Shown: one piece after another, positions 9,739 through 18,328 of the stretch | Layout: each line of letters starts with the position of its first letter | How positions within the stretch are numbered: position 1 is the stretch's first letter | From: an uncultured Microbacterium sp. | GTDB taxonomy: Bacteria > Actinomycetota > Actinomycetes > Actinomycetales > Microbacteriaceae | Assembly (NCBI GenBank): GCA_964406225.1 | Contig: CAYOQY010000001.1 | Location: forward strand, 25,382 to 89,381 | Direction: 5' to 3' | Length of the DNA: 64,000 nt | Program-made: the position numbers and the translations under genes | The notes under the pieces: model-generated | Told to the model about the DNA's origin: nothing | Database searches by the model: none | Seen by the model: only the letters and a program-made list of their open reading frames with translations

Positions 9739-10803
9739 GTGACGACCGTTCGCTCCGGCCTGCGCTCGATCGGGGCCGCCACCGCCGTGGCTGCCCTGCT
9801 CGTCGCGGGATCACCCGCCGCATCCGGCACGGCCGCAGCCGCCGACGAGATCCCGATTCTCGGCCAGACCCTCACGATGGGGACGGTCACCGCGGGACCT
9901 CCTGCGGTGGTCACGGTGCACGGGGTCCAACGGGTCGACAACGCCACGATCGTCTACTGGTCACTCGGCATCCCCGAAGGTTCGCAGGCGGAGTTCGCCG
10001 CGTCCTACTTGGGCCCGTCCACGCTGTTGTTCAGGTCCGAGCGAACGGGTATCAACCAGTCGGACGTGACACTGACCGACGGGGCCGCTGGTCTCACCTA
10101 CCGCCCGATGGAACCGGCCGGCAAGTTCGTGACCTGCGTGTGCGGCCCGTCCACCACGATGACTGATCTCACTCCGGGGCAGGCTCAGGTCATCTGGTCC
10201 GCCGTGGCCCCACTTCCTGCGGGCGTCGCGACGGTCGACGTCACCATCGCGGAGCAGGTCATCCCGAACGTCCCCGTGGGAGACGGCCCCCTGCTGCCCT
10301 TGGCGGAGAACCAGGAGGCGCCGTTCGTCCTCGGCATGGGGTGGCCCGAGCCCGACCCCGAGCTATTGGCCACGGCGCGCACGTCGCAGCCCGCGGCCTT
10401 CGAGCTCACCCAGCGCGTGTCCAACATCGAGCAGAGCGTCACGATCTCCACCGGCACGGTGTCCTTGGCCGCGGACGTGCTGTTCGCCAAGGACTCCGCG
10501 ACCCTGACGGAGGAGAGCACGAAGACGGTCGCCGATGCCGCCGCGCAACTCAAGGCAACCGAGACCGGCAAGGCCCTGACCGTGACGGGTCACGCGGACT
10601 CCGACGGCTCGAACTCCTACAACCAGTCATTGTCGGAGGAGCGGGCGAAGGCCGTCGCGGCGGCGCTCACCAACGCCCTCGGCGGTGAGTACACCATCAC
10701 GGCCGTCGGCAAGGGCGAGACCGAACCGATCGCGTCGAACGAGACCACTGCGGGCAAGGCCAAGAACCGCCGAGTCAGCATCACCTACACCGAAGGACAG
10801 TGA
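9739..10803 (+). CDS. Secreted OmpA-like (peptidoglycan-binding) domain protein
   Basis: Signal peptide; C-terminal DVLFAKDSATL, VTGHADSDG, YNQSLSEERAKAV, GKGETEP, NRRVSI; RBS GGAGGA. Confidence 0.9.
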   Translation: MTTVRSGLRSIGAATAVAALLVAGSPAASGTAAAADEIPILGQTLTMGTVTAGPPAVVTVHGVQRVDNATIVYWSLGIPEGSQAEFAASYLGPSTLLFRSERTGINQSDVTLTDGAAGLTYRPMEPAGKFVTCVCGPSTTMTDLTPGQAQVIWSAVAPLPAGVATVDVTIAEQVIPNVPVGDGPLLPLAENQEAPFVLGMGWPEPDPELLATARTSQPAAFELTQRVSNIEQSVTISTGTVSLAADVLFAKDSATLTEESTKTVADAAAQLKATETGKALTVTGHADSDGSNSYNQSLSEERAKAVAAALTNALGGEYTITAVGKGETEPIASNETTAGKAKNRRVSITYTEGQ

Positions 10804-11381
10804 CCGTGGCCCAGCCCCCCCGTCGTCCCCGCCTCACCCTGGCGATCCTCGGTGTCGTGTCCGTCGTGGCGCTGTCGTCCTGCACGGGGGACGACCCCGA
10901 GCCCTCGGCGAGTCCGACCGGATCCGCGTCGTCGAGTGCGTCCACGACGCCTTCGACGCCGCTCAGCGACCAGAGTGCTCTCGTGCTCGGTGCGCAGCTG
11001 CCCCCGGTGGCTGGCAGCTCGACCGGAGAGGTGGCCGGCACGCCGGCCACCCTCAACGTGGCCTCTGTCGTCGCCACGAAGGGCGGCAGCGTCCTGACGT
11101 TCTGGCACACTGGGCCGGAGAAGATGTTGGTCAACCGAGGAGACCTCTCCTGGGAGGCCCAACCCGTGCTGGTCGACGTCGCCGAGCAGAAGGTCTACGA
11201 GCCCGTCACGTTCGTGGATGAGCGGGGGAACACCCGCTGCCTGTGCACCGACGCGGCGTACATTCGTGCGGTGCCTCAACCGCGCACGATCTTCTTCCCC
11301 GAACTGCCCGACACGGTCACCACCGTCGAGGTTCGCCAGGCCGGCTTCGACAAGTCGATCAGCGTCCCGGTCACCCGCTGA
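10800..11381 (+). CDS. Putative lipoprotein with CLC motif
   Basis: Lipobox-like ALSSC, Ser/Pro/Thr linker, YEPV..RCLCTD; GTGA coupling to the OmpA-domain gene. Confidence 0.8.
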   Translation: MTVAQPPRRPRLTLAILGVVSVVALSSCTGDDPEPSASPTGSASSSASTTPSTPLSDQSALVLGAQLPPVAGSSTGEVAGTPATLNVASVVATKGGSVLTFWHTGPEKMLVNRGDLSWEAQPVLVDVAEQKVYEPVTFVDERGNTRCLCTDAAYIRAVPQPRTIFFPELPDTVTTVEVRQAGFDKSISVPVTR

Positions 11382-11404
11382 CCCGGCAGACACGGAATCG
11401 GCCC

Positions 11405-11546
11405 CTGGTGCGTGTCTCCTAACCGTTATCGGGTGGCGAGTCCGCGCCATTGTGTGTCTTCGTTGAAGCCGCGTTCGACGACGTTGCGGCCCTTGTAGTC
11501 CTGGACGTCGTAGCCCACCGGTCGGCCACCGCGGGATCCGCGGCGC
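11405..11546 (-). mobile_element. IS5-family remnant (transposase C-terminus plus degenerate right end)
   Basis: Minus strand reads [39 protein letters not shown]; end sequence TTAGGAGACACG. Confidence 0.8.
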
Positions 11547-11707
11547 TGAATCGCCCCGGGTCTCGTGGAGGGTCTGATTCCCCGAGAGGATGATGACTAT
11601 GTCAGCACCGAGGAAGTATCCGCCGGAGCTTCGTGAGCGTGCGATGCGGCTTGTTGCCGAGGCCCGGAAGGAGGATCCGGAGCTGTCGTTGAACCAGGCC
11701 GTGATCC
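11547..11707 (+). mobile_element. IS3-family remnant (left IR and start of orfA)
   Basis: TGAATCGCCCCGG terminus at 11547; MSAPRKYPPELRERAMRLVAEAR; cut at the element's right IR. Confidence 0.85.
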
Positions 11708-11830
11708 CAAGAGCCACGTATCACGACGAGCCCACGCCCCCTCGTCGCAGAGGACGCCGCGTGCCAGGATGGGCGACGGATGCCGGTCCGGCGGCGTCCC
11801 GACGGCGCCGCGGTGCCGGTGAGGAGCGCC

Positions 11831-12400
11831 ATGATCATCGCAACACCCGACCCCGAAGAGGCCGAGGGCCACGCCGCGCAGATGTACGCCGACGATCTGG
11901 ATGCCGACGGGTTCGTGTACGCCCATACCCGGGCGATGGCGGTCAACCCGAAAGCGCACGAAGCCTTCGTCGCACTCGTGGGCGCGATCGTGCCCTCGAT
12001 CGGCCTGCGAACGTACGAGTTGGCGACGCTCGGAGCGGCTCGCGGCGTGTCATCGCCGCACTGCCTGCTCGCGCATGGGCGCAAGTCGCTCCGCGAAGGG
12101 ATCCTCGACGATGAGCAGCTCACGCGCATCGCCCGCGGTGAACGAGCCGAGGGGCTGACCGACGCCGATCGCGCGGTCCTCCGGTTTGCCGAGCGCATGT
12201 CGACGGATGCCGCCGCAATGACCGACGATGACGCGCAGAGCCTGCGCGATGCGGGCTTCAGCGACCGGCAGATCGTCGACATCGCTCTGGCCGCCGGTGC
12301 CCGCAACTACTTCAGCCGGGTTCTCCGAGCGCTCGCCGTACCGGTCGATGACGTCCCGGGCCTGACCGCGAGCGTGGCCGGCGCGCTCAGTGGTGGATGA
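11831..12400 (+). CDS. AhpD/carboxymuconolactone decarboxylase-like protein
   Basis: GAGGAG RBS; YELATL..SSPHCLLAHG; LRDAGFSDRQIVDI. Confidence 0.8.
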   Translation: MIIATPDPEEAEGHAAQMYADDLDADGFVYAHTRAMAVNPKAHEAFVALVGAIVPSIGLRTYELATLGAARGVSSPHCLLAHGRKSLREGILDDEQLTRIARGERAEGLTDADRAVLRFAERMSTDAAAMTDDDAQSLRDAGFSDRQIVDIALAAGARNYFSRVLRALAVPVDDVPGLTASVAGALSGG

Positions 12401-12899
12401 AGGCCTTCAGAAGGATGATGATTCCGCCGAAGGCGGCCGTCGTCAGCGCACTCCCGAGGCGGAGCCAGAAGTGGCTTGTCCACTTCGCCACCGCGAGCCA
12501 CCCCAGGATGCCGAGCACGACGGAATCGACGGTGAGCGCGACCCACACCGCGAGGTCGTCATCGATGAAGCGCGACACGCCCAAGAAGAGCACGGCGATG
12601 GGCAGCAGTGAGATCAGGAGCATGCCGAGGGAGTGCCGCGCGGCCGCGCGGAGGCTCTCCGGAAGTGTCGCGCGTCCGTCGCTCGCCGCGAGGCGGGCGA
12701 GCGTGCCGGCGTACACGTGCGCGGCGAAGAAGACCAGGACGGTCACGACGACCGTGACGAGGGCACTGAGAGACGTGCCGGTGGCGGTGTAGCTCACCAC
12801 GATCATCCCCGAAACGAGGATCAGGCCGTAGACGGCCTCCTCCGACATGAGGATCCTCGAGACGCGCGGAGTCGTCCCCAGCAGCTGCTCATCGGTCAT
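12387..12899 (-). CDS. Hypothetical membrane protein
   Basis: About 5 hydrophobic segments; AVYGLILVSG and AHVYA pattern. Confidence 0.75.
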   Translation of the reverse strand: MTDEQLLGTTPRVSRILMSEEAVYGLILVSGMIVVSYTATGTSLSALVTVVVTVLVFFAAHVYAGTLARLAASDGRATLPESLRAAARHSLGMLLISLLPIAVLFLGVSRFIDDDLAVWVALTVDSVVLGILGWLAVAKWTSHFWLRLGSALTTAAFGGIIILLKAFIHH

Positions 12900-12944
12900 G
12901 CCGCGGACCTCCGCTCCACACCGGCGCGGCGACGTCGATGGCGG

Positions 12945-13070
12945 TCAGTCGGCGGTGCCGCAGGCGGAGCCGCCGCAGCACGAACCGGCGGACTCGTTCA
13001 CGGGGAGCAGGTTCTTGTCCTCGCCCACGGGGAGGAGGGTCACGGGTGCGGGCTGCTGCGAAGTCGTCAT
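12945..13070 (-). CDS. 41-aa peptide with C-terminal Cys cluster (SCCGGSACG)
   Basis: MTTSQQPAPVTLLPVGEDKNLLPVNESAGSCCGGSACGTAD; TACGAT 6 nt before ATG (leaderless); fills an intergenic gap. Confidence 0.7.
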   Translation of the reverse strand: MTTSQQPAPVTLLPVGEDKNLLPVNESAGSCCGGSACGTAD

Positions 13071-13128
13071 GGTTCTATCGTAACCGCGGCCGCACCCGGC
13101 GCCCCGACGCGCCGGATCCTGCATCCCG

Positions 13129-13998
13129 TCACCCCAGAATCGCCCCTCCGGTCTGGCACGTCGGGCAGTACTGGGCGGCGGCGCCCGAGAACGTGAACGA
13201 GCGGATCTCATCGCCGCAGACGGGACATGCCTGTCCGGCTTTGCGGTGCACTCGCAGCGCCGCGTGCTTCGCAGCCCGCAGATCGGCGGGCGCGACGCCC
13301 CGTCGAGCGTCCACGGCATCCGTGAGCACGCGGAGCATCGCGGCATGCAGCCGGCCGACCTCGGGCGGGGCGAGGGTCGCGGCGTGGACGACCGGCGAGA
13401 TCTGCGCGGCGTGCAGGATCTCGTCGGAGTACGCGTTGCCGATGCCCGCGAGGGCGGTCTGGTCCTGCAGCAGCGCCTTGATCTGCTTGCGCCGCCCCGC
13501 GAGGATCGCGGTGAAGGCCGCGAGATCGACGTCCCCGGCGAGCGGGTCCGGACCGAGTTTCGCGACCGCCGGCACATCCTCCGGGCGGGCGACGACATGC
13601 ATCGTGAGGGACTTCCACTCACCGGCATCCGTGAGGTCGAACCCCGGTGTGTCGTCCCCGCCCTCGAGGCGGACGCGGGCCATCAGCGTGGCCTCACCCG
13701 CGCGGGTGCGGCCCGCTGGGGCGATCGGGTTCCACAGCACCCATCCGTCGTGGCCGAAGTGCACGACGAGGTGGAGGGCGGGGCCGTCAGAGTCGTCCGC
13801 GCCGCCACCCACCGCGATGTCGATCATCTTGCCGCGACGCGTCACCGTGCCGATCCGGCGTCCGACGAGGGCGGCCGGTGGCGGGTCGGTCGTCTTCAGC
13901 GCCTTCGGAAGCACGATGTCCACGGACGCGACCCGACACCCGCTCGCGTGGGCGCCGAGGAAGCGCACGAGCTCCTGCACCTCGGGCGACTCGGGCAT
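13129..13998 (-). CDS. Fpg/Nei family DNA glycosylase
   Basis: MPESPEV start, RRGK, AGIGNAYSDEILH, CPVC..CPTCQ zinc finger. Confidence 0.93.
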   Translation of the reverse strand: MPESPEVQELVRFLGAHASGCRVASVDIVLPKALKTTDPPPAALVGRRIGTVTRRGKMIDIAVGGGADDSDGPALHLVVHFGHDGWVLWNPIAPAGRTRAGEATLMARVRLEGGDDTPGFDLTDAGEWKSLTMHVVARPEDVPAVAKLGPDPLAGDVDLAAFTAILAGRRKQIKALLQDQTALAGIGNAYSDEILHAAQISPVVHAATLAPPEVGRLHAAMLRVLTDAVDARRGVAPADLRAAKHAALRVHRKAGQACPVCGDEIRSFTFSGAAAQYCPTCQTGGAILG

Positions 13999-14049
13999 CG
14001 GGCCATGATGGCACGACCCTCCGACCCGAGTCCCCGGCTGTGACCCGCG

Positions 14050-16440
14050 TCACGCGCCGACAGACGCTCCTTCGAGCTTCGACAGGCGCAGCCACGTCTC
14101 CACGACCGTGTCGGGGTTGAGCGACATCGACTCGATCCCCTGCCCGACGAGCCACTCGGCGAGGTCGGGGTGATCGCTCGGTCCCTGGCCGCAGATGCCG
14201 ACGTACTTGCCGGCGCGACGGCACGCCTCGATCGCCAGCGACAGCATCCGCCGGACGGCCGGATCCCGCTCGTCGAACGTCGCGGCGACGAGCGAGGAGT
14301 CACGGTCGAGGCCGAGGGTGAGCTGGGTCATGTCGTTCGAGCCGATCGAGAAGCCGTCGAAGTGCTCGAGGAACTCATCCGCCAGCACGGCGTTCGAGGG
14401 CAGCTCGCACATCATGATGACGCGCAGACCGTTCTCGCCGCGGCGCAGACCGTTCTCGCCGAGCAGTTCGATGACCGCCTGCGCCTCGCCGACGGTGCGC
14501 ACGAAGGGGACCATGATCTCGACGTTGGTGAGACCCATCTCGTCGCGGACGAATTTCAGCGCCTCGCACTCCATGTCGAAGCACTCCCGGAAGTCCGGGG
14601 AGATGTAGCGCGCCGCGCCGCGGTAGCCCAGCATCGGGTTCTCCTCGTGCGGCTCGTAGATCTCGCCGCCGACGAGGTTCGCGTACTCGTTCGACTTGAA
14701 GTCCGACAGACGCACGATCACCGGTTCGGGGGCGAACGCCGCCGCGATCATCGAGACGCCCTCCGCGACCCGCTCGACGAAGTAGTCGCGCGGGGAGGGG
14801 TAGGCGGCGATGCGCTCGGCGATGTCGGTCTTCAGGCCGGGTTCGAGGCTGTCGAAGTCGAGCAGAGCGCGCGGGTGGATGCCGATCTGCCGGTTGATGA
14901 TGAACTCGAGGCGCGCGAGGCCCACGCCCTTGTTCGGCAGCTTCGAGAACGCGAAGGCCTGATCGGGCGTGCCGACGTTGAGCATGATCTTCGTCGGGCT
15001 CTCCGGCATCTCGTCCAGGCGCGTGACCACCTCTTCGAACGCGAGGATGCCTTCGTACACCACGCCGTCATCGCCCTCGGCGCACGAGACCGTGACGTCC
15101 TGCCCGTCCTTGAGGATCACCGTCGCGTCTCCCGTGCCGACCACGGCAGGGATGCCGAGCTCGCGCGCGATGATCGCCGCGTGGCACGTGCGACCGCCGC
15201 GGTTCGTGACGATCGCCGAGGCGCGCTTCATGATCGGCTCCCAGTCGGGATCGGTCATGTCGGCGACGAGCACGTCCCCCTCCTGGAACCGGTCCATCTG
15301 CGCGAGCGAGGTCATCACACGGACGGGGCCCGCGCCGATCTTCTGGCCGATCGCGCGCCCGATCGTCGCGACGCTGCCGTGCTCGCCGAGCACGAATCGC
15401 CGCGTGACGTTGCCGTCGGTGCGCGACACGACGGTCTCGGGGCGGGCCTGCAGGATGTAGAGCCTGCCGTCGACGCCGTCCTTGCCCCATTCGATGTCCA
15501 TGGGCCGCCCGTAGTGCTCCTCGATCGTGAGCGCCTGGCGACCGAGCTCTTCGACCTCGGCATCCGTGATGCTGAACCGCACGCGGTCCTCGTGCGGCAC
15601 GTCGGTGAACACGGTGCTGCCGCCGACGTGCGTGCCCTCCGCGTAGACCATCTTCACGGCCTTCTCCCCCACCGAGCGCTTGAGGATCGCGGGGCGGCGC
15701 TCCCGCAGCGCCGGCTTGTAGGCGTAGAACTCGTCGGGATTGACCGCACCCTGGACGACCGCTTCACCGAGGCCGTACGAGCTCGTGATGAAGACGGCGC
15801 GATCGAATCCGGACTCGGTGTCGACCGTGAACATGACACCCGACGCGCCGATGTCGGAGCGGATCATGCGCTGCACGCCGGCGGAGAGCGCGACGTCGTG
15901 GTGCTCGAAGCCGTGGTGCACGCGGTACGCGATCGCCCGGTCGTTGTAGAGCGATGCGAAGACGCTGCGGATCGCGGCGAGCACGTTGTCGATGCCGCTG
16001 ATGTTGAGGAACGTCTCCTGCTGCCCCGCGAAGGACGCGTCGGGAAGGTCCTCGGCCGTCGCGCTGGAGCGCACCGCCCACGACACCGCCTCCGGATCGG
16101 GATCGTTCTCGATCAGATGCGCGTACGCCGCGCGGATGTCCGCTTCGAGCTGCTGCGGGAGAGGCTGGTGCTCGATCCATTCGCGCACGTTCGCGCCGAC
16201 GCGTGACAGCTCGGCGACGTCCGAGACGTCGAGCTGCTCCACGACGGTCTTGATGCGGTCGTAGAGGCCGTCGCCCGCGAGGAAGTCGCGGTAGGCGTCG
16301 GCGGTCGTCGCGAATCCGCCGGGCACGCTCACGCCCAGGTGCGAGAGGTTCGACACCATCTCGCCGAGGGACGCGTTCTTGCCGCCGACCTGGTGGACGT
16401 CGGACATGCCCATCTCGGTGAACCAGAGGATGTTCGTCAT
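14050..16440 (-). CDS. ppsA: Phosphoenolpyruvate synthase
   Basis: [62 protein letters not shown]. Confidence 0.98.
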   Translation of the reverse strand: MTNILWFTEMGMSDVHQVGGKNASLGEMVSNLSHLGVSVPGGFATTADAYRDFLAGDGLYDRIKTVVEQLDVSDVAELSRVGANVREWIEHQPLPQQLEADIRAAYAHLIENDPDPEAVSWAVRSSATAEDLPDASFAGQQETFLNISGIDNVLAAIRSVFASLYNDRAIAYRVHHGFEHHDVALSAGVQRMIRSDIGASGVMFTVDTESGFDRAVFITSSYGLGEAVVQGAVNPDEFYAYKPALRERRPAILKRSVGEKAVKMVYAEGTHVGGSTVFTDVPHEDRVRFSITDAEVEELGRQALTIEEHYGRPMDIEWGKDGVDGRLYILQARPETVVSRTDGNVTRRFVLGEHGSVATIGRAIGQKIGAGPVRVMTSLAQMDRFQEGDVLVADMTDPDWEPIMKRASAIVTNRGGRTCHAAIIARELGIPAVVGTGDATVILKDGQDVTVSCAEGDDGVVYEGILAFEEVVTRLDEMPESPTKIMLNVGTPDQAFAFSKLPNKGVGLARLEFIINRQIGIHPRALLDFDSLEPGLKTDIAERIAAYPSPRDYFVERVAEGVSMIAAAFAPEPVIVRLSDFKSNEYANLVGGEIYEPHEENPMLGYRGAARYISPDFRECFDMECEALKFVRDEMGLTNVEIMVPFVRTVGEAQAVIELLGENGLRRGENGLRVIMMCELPSNAVLADEFLEHFDGFSIGSNDMTQLTLGLDRDSSLVAATFDERDPAVRRMLSLAIEACRRAGKYVGICGQGPSDHPDLAEWLVGQGIESMSLNPDTVVETWLRLSKLEGASVGA

Positions 16441-16510
16441 GTGAGTCTCCTGATGTGAGGGCGTCGCGCGCCGGTGGTGGGAGTGGTGTGCGGAGGGGAA
16501 GGAGGCGGCC

Positions 16511-17356
16511 TCAGCTGCGCAGCCGCATGGACTGCATGATGACCGCCGACATCTCTTCGACCGACTTGGTCGAGGAGTTGAGGAAGGGGACCCGGTTGCG
16601 CCGGTAGAGGTCTTCGGCACGACGGAGCTCGAGCGTGCACTGGGCGAGGCTCGAGTACGTCGAGTTCGGCCGACGCTCGTGGCGCACCTGGCTCAGCCGG
16701 AGCGGGGTCGTCGTGAGCCCGAAGCACCTCTCGGCGTACTTCGCGACCGTCGCGGGCAGGCCGTCGGAGGGGAAGTCGTCGTCCGTGAGCGGATAGTTGG
16801 CCACGAGCAGGCCGTACTGGAGGGCGAGGTACATCGTGGTGGGCGTCTTGCCGCAGCGCGACGGCGCGATGATGATGACGTCGGCGATGTCGAGCGCGCG
16901 CATGCTCTGGCCGTCGTCGTGCTCGATCGCGTACTCCACCGCCCGCATCCGCGCGAAGTACCGCTCGATGTCGCCGACGCCGTGGTACTGGCCCAGCTGC
17001 TCCGATGCCGTGCTCCCGAGTGCCGCTTCCACTTCGCGCAGGTGCCCGCCGAGCAGGTCGATGACGACCGCACCCGATGCGACGAGCTCGCTCAGGATGT
17101 CGGCCGACTTCACGGTGGCGAACACGATCGGCTGGGCGCCGTCGCGGACCGACTGCTGGATGTCGCCGACGACCGCGCGGGCGCCGTCCACCGAATCGAC
17201 GAACGGGATGCGGTGGCGCTGGAATGCCACGGCCGGGAAGTTCGCCAGCAGGGCGCTGCCGAGGGTCTCCGCGGTGATGCCGGTGCTGTCGGACACGAAG
17301 AACGCCGCCCGGACCGGAACGACCTCGGAACGGTCGGCGATGGTGGGGCTTTCGAT
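16511..17356 (-). CDS. ppsR: PEP synthase regulatory kinase/pyrophosphorylase (DUF299); start uncertain
   Basis: [35 protein letters not shown]; adjacent to ppsA. Confidence 0.92.
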   Translation of the reverse strand: MESPTIADRSEVVPVRAAFFVSDSTGITAETLGSALLANFPAVAFQRHRIPFVDSVDGARAVVGDIQQSVRDGAQPIVFATVKSADILSELVASGAVVIDLLGGHLREVEAALGSTASEQLGQYHGVGDIERYFARMRAVEYAIEHDDGQSMRALDIADVIIIAPSRCGKTPTTMYLALQYGLLVANYPLTDDDFPSDGLPATVAKYAERCFGLTTTPLRLSQVRHERRPNSTYSSLAQCTLELRRAEDLYRRNRVPFLNSSTKSVEEMSAVIMQSMRLRS

Positions 17357-17569
17357 GGCTGGCTCCTCGATCGGTGGGGCGGTGGGGATCAGCCTAGGAA
17401 AACTTGGGTCATTCTCCCGGCCGTTCTCGCCGTAAGGAATCGACGAATTTAACGCCCCGTTATCGACGCCGCTCGAATCGCTGTGTCGACCCCGCATCAC
17501 GACGGTCCCAGCAATCGGGTCCGCCGACCAGGGCCGGAAGTCCCACGGACCCCGACCCGCGCCGTCGGA

Positions 17570-18310
17570 TCAGTGCGGCAGGCGGAGACCCGCCATGCCA
17601 CCATCCACCGCGAGCAGGGTGCCCGTCGTGGAGGACGACAGCGGCGATGCCAGATAGACGATCGCGTGCGCGACCTCGGCGGCGCTCACGAGGCGCCCCA
17701 GGGGCTGACGGGCCCGCAGAGCGGATGCCGCCTCTTCGGGATCATCGGCGGCATCCAGCAGCCGCCCCACCCACGGGGTGTCCGCCGTGCCGGGCGTGAC
17801 CGCGTTCACCCGGATGCCCTCGCGGACGTGATCGGCCGCCATCGCCAGCGTCAACGCCGACACCGCCCCCTTGCTCGCGGAGTACAGCGCCCGGTTCGGC
17901 ACCCCGACGGTCGCCACGACCGAGGAGGTGTTCACGACCGCCGCGCGCGCGGAGCCTCGCAGGTGCGGCAGCGCCGCGCGGGTCACCCGGGCGATGCCGA
18001 CGACGTTCACGTCGAGCACCCGGTGCCACTCGTCGTCGTCGTTCGCGGACACGTCGCCGGCCGCGCCGATGCCCGCGTTGTTGATCACGATGTCCAAGCC
18101 GCCGAAGCGTGCGACGACCGCGTCGACCGCGATGCCGACCTGACGCGCATCGGTCACGTCCGCCTCGACCGCGAAGTGCGGCACATCGGCGACCTCCCGA
18201 TCCAGCACGGCGACCCGTGCGCCGCGCTCGGCGAGCAGTGCGGCGACCGCCTGCCCGATGCCGCTTGCACCGCCGGTGACGATCGCGACCGCCCCATCGA
18301 ACTCCGCCAT
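17570..18310 (-). CDS. SDR oxidoreductase (2-keto-3-deoxy sugar acid dehydrogenase-like)
   Basis: TGGASGIG, NNAG, YSASKGA, PGTADTPWV. Confidence 0.9.
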   Translation of the reverse strand: MAEFDGAVAIVTGGASGIGQAVAALLAERGARVAVLDREVADVPHFAVEADVTDARQVGIAVDAVVARFGGLDIVINNAGIGAAGDVSANDDDEWHRVLDVNVVGIARVTRAALPHLRGSARAAVVNTSSVVATVGVPNRALYSASKGAVSALTLAMAADHVREGIRVNAVTPGTADTPWVGRLLDAADDPEEAASALRARQPLGRLVSAAEVAHAIVYLASPLSSSTTGTLLAVDGGMAGLRLPH

Positions 18311-18328
18311 GACTGTTCCCTTCCGCAC

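Larger units (their letters stand above)
7941..11715. mobile_element. Non-autonomous cargo element with ISL3-like ends
   Basis: Terminal IR GGCTCTTGGGA (7941-7951) / TCCCAAGAGCC (11705-11715); flanking direct repeat ACGTATCA at 7933-7940 and 11716-11723; no intact transposase inside. Confidence 0.8.

Noticed and set aside
11590-12114. 174-aa ORF as an intact IS3 orfA
   Set aside because: Similarity stops at about 11707; the remainder is read-through across the element junction.
17445-17470. TAACG-N3-CGTTA palindrome upstream of ppsR
   Set aside because: Too short and single-copy to call an operator without comparative data.
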